Shown here piece after piece: positions 58,236-64,000 of a stretch of DNA of 64,000 bases; the first letter of the stretch is position 1; each line of letters opens with the position of its first letter. The notes beneath the pieces are model-generated. The model saw only the letters and a list, made by a program, of their open reading frames with translations, made no database searches and was not told where the DNA came from. The position numbers were made by a program, and so were the translations under genes. The DNA is from the human T2T-CHM13v2.0 reference genome, Homo sapiens. The stretch is taken from the NCBI GenBank assembly GCA_009914755.4, contig CP068257.2:12992001-13056000 (forward strand). Reading direction: 5' to 3'.

Positions 58236-58304
58236 CAGCAGCATCTTTGAATAAACCATGACCTCATCAGCAGCATCTTTGAATAAACCATGACCTCATC
58301 AGCA
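58236..58304. repeat. 32-bp tandem duplication, about 2.1 copies
   Basis: 'cagcagcatctttgaataaaccatgacctcat' occurs twice in tandem, followed by a partial 'cagca'. Confidence 0.7.
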
Positions 58305-60018
58305 AACATTCCCAGCCTCGGCCCCTATCCTGCATTTTCCTTTCAACATTTGGCCCACTACCATCTGTTTTTCACCTTCATTATATGATGATTATAACCA
58401 AATTTTAACCTGCTTAATCTGATCTGTTTATGGGCAGGGAGTGAAGTTGTAAGCCCTTCTTGTCCTTGACCCCACTCCTTGAGCCTGAGCTTCATACAGT
58501 ATGGCACCTGTTCCAAGTGCTGTAGCACACTTTACACTGTCTCATCTTGAGGCATTGAGCATGTTTGTTCAAAGTCTACCTCTTCTTCAGTGCTTCATTC
58601 TAATTCCACTTACTCCAAAAAGCTTTCCCAGGTTTCTCCAGCTCAGAATAGCTGCCTCTCTAGCTCAGAATGGCTGCTTCCCCAGGACTGTAAGTCCTTT
58701 GCATGTAATAATTTTACCTGGCCTTTTGATATCTATCAGGTGGTATTATATACTATTACAGGTGTCTTGCATCTCAACTTTGCAATTAGACTGAAAGTTT
58801 TCACAGATACCATTTCTGAACGCCTATTTATATGCTAAGGGATATTTTAAATTTTTACATGAAATTGGCACAGTTGTTATTATCCTCATTCTACAAATGA
58901 GTAAATGAGGCACAAAGGTTAAGTTACTTGCCTAGGACTATATAAATACTGTGTACTAGACCTGAATTGGAATTGTATATATTTAGAAAGCAGGGATCGT
59001 TGTTGGAATTTGTGCCTATCCCCTTGGCCATTTTAATAGTGCTTTATGTACATTAGATACTGAAATACTATTTTCTGATTGATTGGTTTTAAGCACTGAC
59101 TTAAAACTGTCCAGGTTATTATAAGTAATGTTCTATGGTATCAACCAAAACTAATATTTAGTGCTGTCTAACTGGGCATGCAGTAGATTGGCACTAGGCC
59201 AATGCAATCAGTGATGGTAAGAAATATAATTCCTGAGGAGGAAAACAAATGCTTACATGGATGGCTGATCAGGTACATATGCTTCAGAAATAAACAACGT
59301 TTTTGACCAAGACTGTCTCTCCTTGAAATGCTACAAAACTGATGAGAAGAGACATTAAGATTAAGGATCATCCGAGAGGATGATAGCATTCTCTTCAGAT
59401 TTCAAGACCAAGGTTCAAGCACCCCTGGAAAAAAAAATAGTTAATTAAAATGGCTGTGAATGGAGGTAATAATGAAAATAAGTAACAACTAGAAAAGGAT
59501 GAGCATGCACCAACTGGGACAGACAAAACAAGCATTCAGAACTGACACCAACAATGAAGAACTAATCCAGCTGTCACAGTGTATGTTAGCTGGGCATCAG
59601 TTCTGGTTATAAAGTATGGGTTGGCTGAAATACTTATTGAACAAATGCTTCTTTAATCCCTCCACATGGATCAACTCTAGTCTGTTGTGACTGTCCTATC
59701 CCTGGAATTATCAGACCTTGCAACCATGTTATTTAGACCATCCTGATCTGTTCAGCTGTATTGATTACCTACTCTGAGATAGGCACTGTACTACTAACTC
59801 CATAGACAAGACAAATTAAACACCAGTCTTGGTATATATGTACAATTTTGCAGACTCTTCACCAAAACTTATACTTGGTGCAATTCTAGGAGCGGTTTTA
59901 CCACTAAAGGATGAAAACACACGCTTTCCTAACAAGTCTATATTTTAGTTGGCTTCTCTCCAGTTGCAGACCCTGAGGCAAGGATTATATGCACGCTTAG
60001 CTGTGCTTAATCAGTAGG

Positions 60019-61085
60019 TGTTATGGACTGAATGTTTGTGTGCCCCCTAAATTTCTATATTGAAATCTAATCCTGAATGTGATGAAATTTGGAGGTACAG
60101 CCTTTGGGAGGTGTATCATTCAGGGTTCTCTAGAGGGACAGAACTAATGGAATATATATAAATATATACTTATATATTTATATAGTTTATATATTTATAT
60201 ATAAAATATATAAACTTTTATATATATTATATATTATATATAATGCATATAATATACATTATCTATAAAATTATATATAATATATAATATATATAAAAGT
60301 TTATATGTAAAGTATATAATATATAAATACTTTATATAATATATAAATGTAATATATATACTTTACATATATAAAGTATATAATATATAAAGGAGTTTAT
60401 ATATTATATACATATAAACTCTTTTTCATATATATATATATATATATATAAAGGGGTGTTTGTTAAGTATTAACTCACACGATCACAAGGTCACACAATA
60501 GGCCATTTGCAGGCTAAGGAGCAAGGAGTGCCAGTCCGAGTTCCAAAACTGAAGAAGTTGGAGTCCGGTGTTTGAAGACAAGAAGCATCCAGCACAGGAG
60601 AAAGATGTAGGCTGGGAGGCTAGGCCAGTTTCTCTTTTCACATTTTTCTGCCTACTTATGTTGTAGCCCCTCTGGAGGCTCATTAGATTGTGCCCACCCA
60701 GATTAAGGGTGGGTCGGCCTTTCCAAGCCCATTGACTCAAATGTTAATCTCCTTTGGCAACACCCTCACAGACACATCCAGGACCAATATTTTGTATCCT
60801 TCAATCCAAGCAAGTTGACACTCAGTATTAACCATCACAGGAGGTAATTAGGTCATGAGGATGGAGCCCCCATGATGGGATTAGTGCTCTTATTAAAAAG
60901 AGGCTGAGAACTCTTTGACCCTATTTCCTCCATGTCAGGATGCAAAGAAAAGACAATCATCTGCGACAAGGAAGAAGATCCTTAGGAAAACTCAACGAGG
61001 CGGCATCCTGATCTCAGACTTCCAGCCTCCAGAACTGTGAGAAATGCCTGTTTAAGCCATCTCATCTACGATAATTTGTTATAAT
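60019..61085 (+). mobile_element. MLT1-type MaLR LTR carrying a roughly 700-bp internal segment and a TA-rich expansion
   Basis: Starts 'gtgttatggactgaatgtttgtgtgccccctaaatttctatattgaaatctaatcctgaatgtgatg...tttgggaggtg'. The internal block is 'ggttctctagagggacagaactaatgg..[TA-rich]..aactcacacgatcacaaggtcacac...cccacccagattaagggtgggtcggcctttccaagcccattgactcaaatgttaatctcctttggcaacaccctcacagacacatccagg...agttgacactcagtattaaccatcaca'. It then resumes as MLT1: 'ggaggtaattaggtcatgaggatggagcccccatgatgggattagtgctcttat...cttccagcctccagaactgtgagaaatgcctgtttaagccatctcatctacgataatttgttat'. Confidence 0.6.
60152..60452. repeat. TA-rich low-complexity block (about 300 bp) with internal palindromic units
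   Basis: 'atatatataaatatatacttatatatttatatagtttatatatttatatataaaatatataaacttttatatatattatatattatatataatgcatataatatacattatctataaaattatatataatatataatatatataaaagtttatatgtaaagtatataatatataaatactttatataatatataaatgtaatatatatactttacatatataaagtatataatatataaaggagtttatatattatatacatataaactctttttcatatatatatatatatatatataaagg'. It contains reverse-complement unit pairs such as 'tatataaacttttatata' and 'tatataaaagtttatat'. Confidence 0.85.
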
Positions 61086-64000
61086 TGCCTGAACTGACTA
61101 TACATTGTACTAGTAACTTGATAGATAAAAAAAAAATTAGACAAGTCTTTGGCAACCAGCCTGGAAGTCAACACCAGTAACCTACCAATATTACCAATAA
61201 ATTCCTCTTTTTTTATGCTTTAGGCCTCTACTTCAAATCCCCAAGGGTAGCTGTGTAACAAAAATGCTAGTGGTGTTATTTCTACTGAAATAAAAAGAGG
61301 ATCCAAGAGGAAGGGTGACATTCTGATGATGTCTACTGCAGTCTTTTATCTTTATGAAAATTAAGAACTATAAGTAATTAGCACAATAAATGTAGCTATT
61401 GTCAAACAACAAAGATTAATATGCTAGTAACCGAAAGAGAAGGGATAACTCAAAGTAAAAAGCTTCTTTATTTCTACATTATTTAACATTAGCCCCAATA
61501 TGACAAATTTTCTGCCTTTCAAAAATGTATAGGCTAATTTTATGGGACAAGTTACACACAAAATGAGCTTCCATAAGCACGCATGATAATTCATGATATA
61601 ATTAGCAATTTTTACTTGCAGGCTACAGAATTTAATTTCATCTAATTTATCCAGAAAATTAAAAAGGGTTTATTGGTTGTTTACTTGTGCTGACTTTTGG
61701 ATCCCCAAAAGACCACCAGAAAAACCCATAGATCAAGCAAATCTTAGTTTACCATATCTCCTGTACTAAATAAAGTCAACAACTTGACAGCATATTAGTA
61801 TTATCACTGAAGGGCTATCTTCAAGGGAGGATAAATATGAGATTTTAGGCCCTGGATATAGTCATTTTAAAGGAAGTCATCAAGGCAGGGAATTATTTGA
61901 TTAGAATTTATAATAGATTGGTGGGGACAGTGAGGCAAGGGCCTTAAAATGAGCTTTGATAAGCAAGCTGCTAGTCTTGGTTTTAATTGTCTCACGATCT
62001 TATTTTCTGGAGACAAATATACTGGAGCAAGCAGCTAAGCAATATTTGTTCCACATCAGTACTGCCTAATGCAGGCACAGGGAATTATGTTGGCTTTAGT
62101 TCTCAATAAATAGCCTATAGACTCAAAGGAAGAAAGAAACAACTGATTTCCAGAAGGTTAGGAACTGGGGTATCTTAAGGAACAAAATGGCATTGATCCC
62201 CCAAAAATCTCTAGGGCTCCGCCATCTGGAGCCTTGATTCTTATCACATTTCATCCCTGAGTATCTTAGTTTAAGGATCAAATTCTCAGGAGGATGCCAG
62301 GCTATGTGGCCTGCTCTGTGGTCAAGAGGGACAGGGTCTCAAGTTTTATTCTCCAAAAAAGTCACATGGAGAGGTAATTTCCCAAAAGAAGAGAAATTAA
62401 GAAGACAGTAATAAAAGCTATCCCTTATAATGGTCAAATCCCTCTCAAACATCTCTCTCCTCATAGGTGTTGAATTTTGGCTGAAATTGTTTCTTTTAGT
62501 TGTTGCTGAACAATTTAAATGTATTTTTTAAGTCATTTCTTCTTTCCTCTCCTCTGATTGCTTCCCTACAACTAACTCCCGGGGTCAAAACTTGTCAATT
62601 GTACATGTGTAATGAGTTTCTCTCACCCACCCTCTTCCTTTCTAGTCTATCGATATGTGCCCTAATCTGTTCCTACAGGATATTTTTTTCTAAATTCCTG
62701 CAATGGCCTCCTACATGTTCTCTACATTTATCGAATCTCTTATGTACTTCAAATTATTAATGTTCTTGAAGCACAGTTGCAATTCTTTTATTCTCAGTTT
62801 TTCATGAGTCAGTCATTCCCCATTCCCTATCACATAAGTGTCACATGCTTTGGTCTCACATCAAAGGCCAGTTACAACTGCCAGCAGCTCTCTATCTGGA
62901 CTTACTTTCAGCTACTCACATTCATGTTAGCTTTGTTCTAATTAAACACATGGCAATGTTGCCAGGGTACTCCCTTTGATTTCTTAACTCCAAACTCTTT
63001 AAGAACAAAATGTGGGCCTGATTCACCTTTACAGTCCCCACTTCCTTCTATGGCCATTTGAGTAACTACTCTCATCCACTGAAACTGTTGCCTTCAATGC
63101 TACTGATCTGAAAAAGATCATGAGGCCAAGTTAGGGTCCAGTGGGCAGGAATGTTGTGATTGATTATTAATGTCTGTCATGGGCAGTGGGTAGAGGACAG
63201 TAGCAGTATCTGTGCCTGGAATTTTCCATCTTTCATTGTATATTTAACAAATATTTGTTGAGTGAAATTCAACAAGAATTTAGAATAAAGAGATCCTAGG
63301 AAAAGGCTCTTTGAGTCTCCTTTGGTTTGAGAAATGACACCACCTTTGTCCACAGAGCCCAGCAATTGTCAGTAAGAACTGAAGCCACCTGCATTAACAT
63401 GACAAATATTTGTTCCTGGAAATTCTTGCTCAAGAATATAAGGTTATAAATCAATAAATAACTTCACTATTTGCTTTAGGAAAATTCCTGCAAACCAACT
63501 TGTCTGGGCAAATATTTTGCTCTCCTATCAGGACAGTAGATTGCTCACCTGGGCAAACAAATCACTTATCCAACTTCAGTTTACTTATCAGGATTCACGT
63601 TAAGACTCTCCCGTCTTGAGTCCACCAACATGAAAATATTATGACACAAATATTTCCTAGGCATAATCAGTTCTCCATCTTAAACCACACACCCTAAGAC
63701 CCACTTAAGCCCAGATTCTATCCAAACTCTATATAAATATCCTCTCCTGACATTTGCCTTCTTGAAGCATACTAAGCCTCAATAAAGTAATGCTCTCTGT
63801 TACTCTAGTAAGTAAATCAACTTAGTTTTGTTTGCCAACATATTTTGTGGGTTTTTTTTTGATATTTTACACTTGGTAGATTTAAGGAATGCCACAATGT
63901 GATCAAATTCATGAAACTGAGAAGCCTTCTGCAAACACTAAGTTGTGCCTTCCTAGCTCTTGAACAGTTTCAGTGACATTTTGAAAAAAGGTGAACTGTT

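Noticed and set aside
60152-60452. A periodic TA-rich block that superficially resembles a repeat-spacer array.
   Set aside because: There are no conserved direct repeats separated by unique spacers. It is a degenerate AT microsatellite with palindromic units inside a eukaryotic LTR. There is no CRISPR or prokaryotic context anywhere in the window.

Overview
This window is primate (almost certainly human) nuclear DNA, AT-rich and CpG-poor, with no CpG island and no convincing multi-exon gene. At least half of it is interspersed repeats. I see no prokaryotic-style system, CRISPR array, operon or novel gene cluster; every ORF of 60 aa or more on the supplied track lies in a transposon or simple repeat, or looks random. 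Full coordinates for every call are in the feature list.

**Repeat content**
- **Alus:** about 10 elements or fragments, including a 5'-truncated AluY with a target-site duplication (TSD) and a 45-bp micro-Alu.
- **Old L1:** one near full-length L1 of L1PB/L1MA type at 6903-17135. It is interrupted by a young, twin-primed (5'-inverted) L1PA with a TSD, and by an Alu followed by a (CA)n tract.
- **Other L1 fragments:** several more, including a second twin-primed insert at 24490-25165 and a three-segment L1 mosaic at 30677-32840 whose truncation point sits on a palindromic (TA)20 hairpin.
- **LTRs:** five solo MaLR (THE1/MST/MLT1-type) LTRs and three MLT1-type LTRs, one of which contains a roughly 300-bp palindromic TA-rich expansion.
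- **DNA transposon:** one Tigger2-like MITE with terminal inverted repeats.
- **Simple repeats:** assorted microsatellites (CA, TG, GGAA/GA, TA, TTTAA, CAAA).

**Items worth a second look**
- The nested and twin-primed L1 architectures.
- A retrotransposition hotspot where an L1 and an Alu inserted 6 bp apart.
- A clean 132-nt ORF on the minus strand (6311-6442) with a strong acceptor and a GTGAGT donor. It could be an unannotated coding exon; I do not recognise the peptide.
- A local tandem triplication of a MIR-like segment.
- The AT-rich palindromic blocks, which are candidate flexibility or fragility sequences.

Coordinates were counted by eye and are accurate to about ±5 bp. Family assignments rest on remembered consensus sequences, not a RepeatMasker run.
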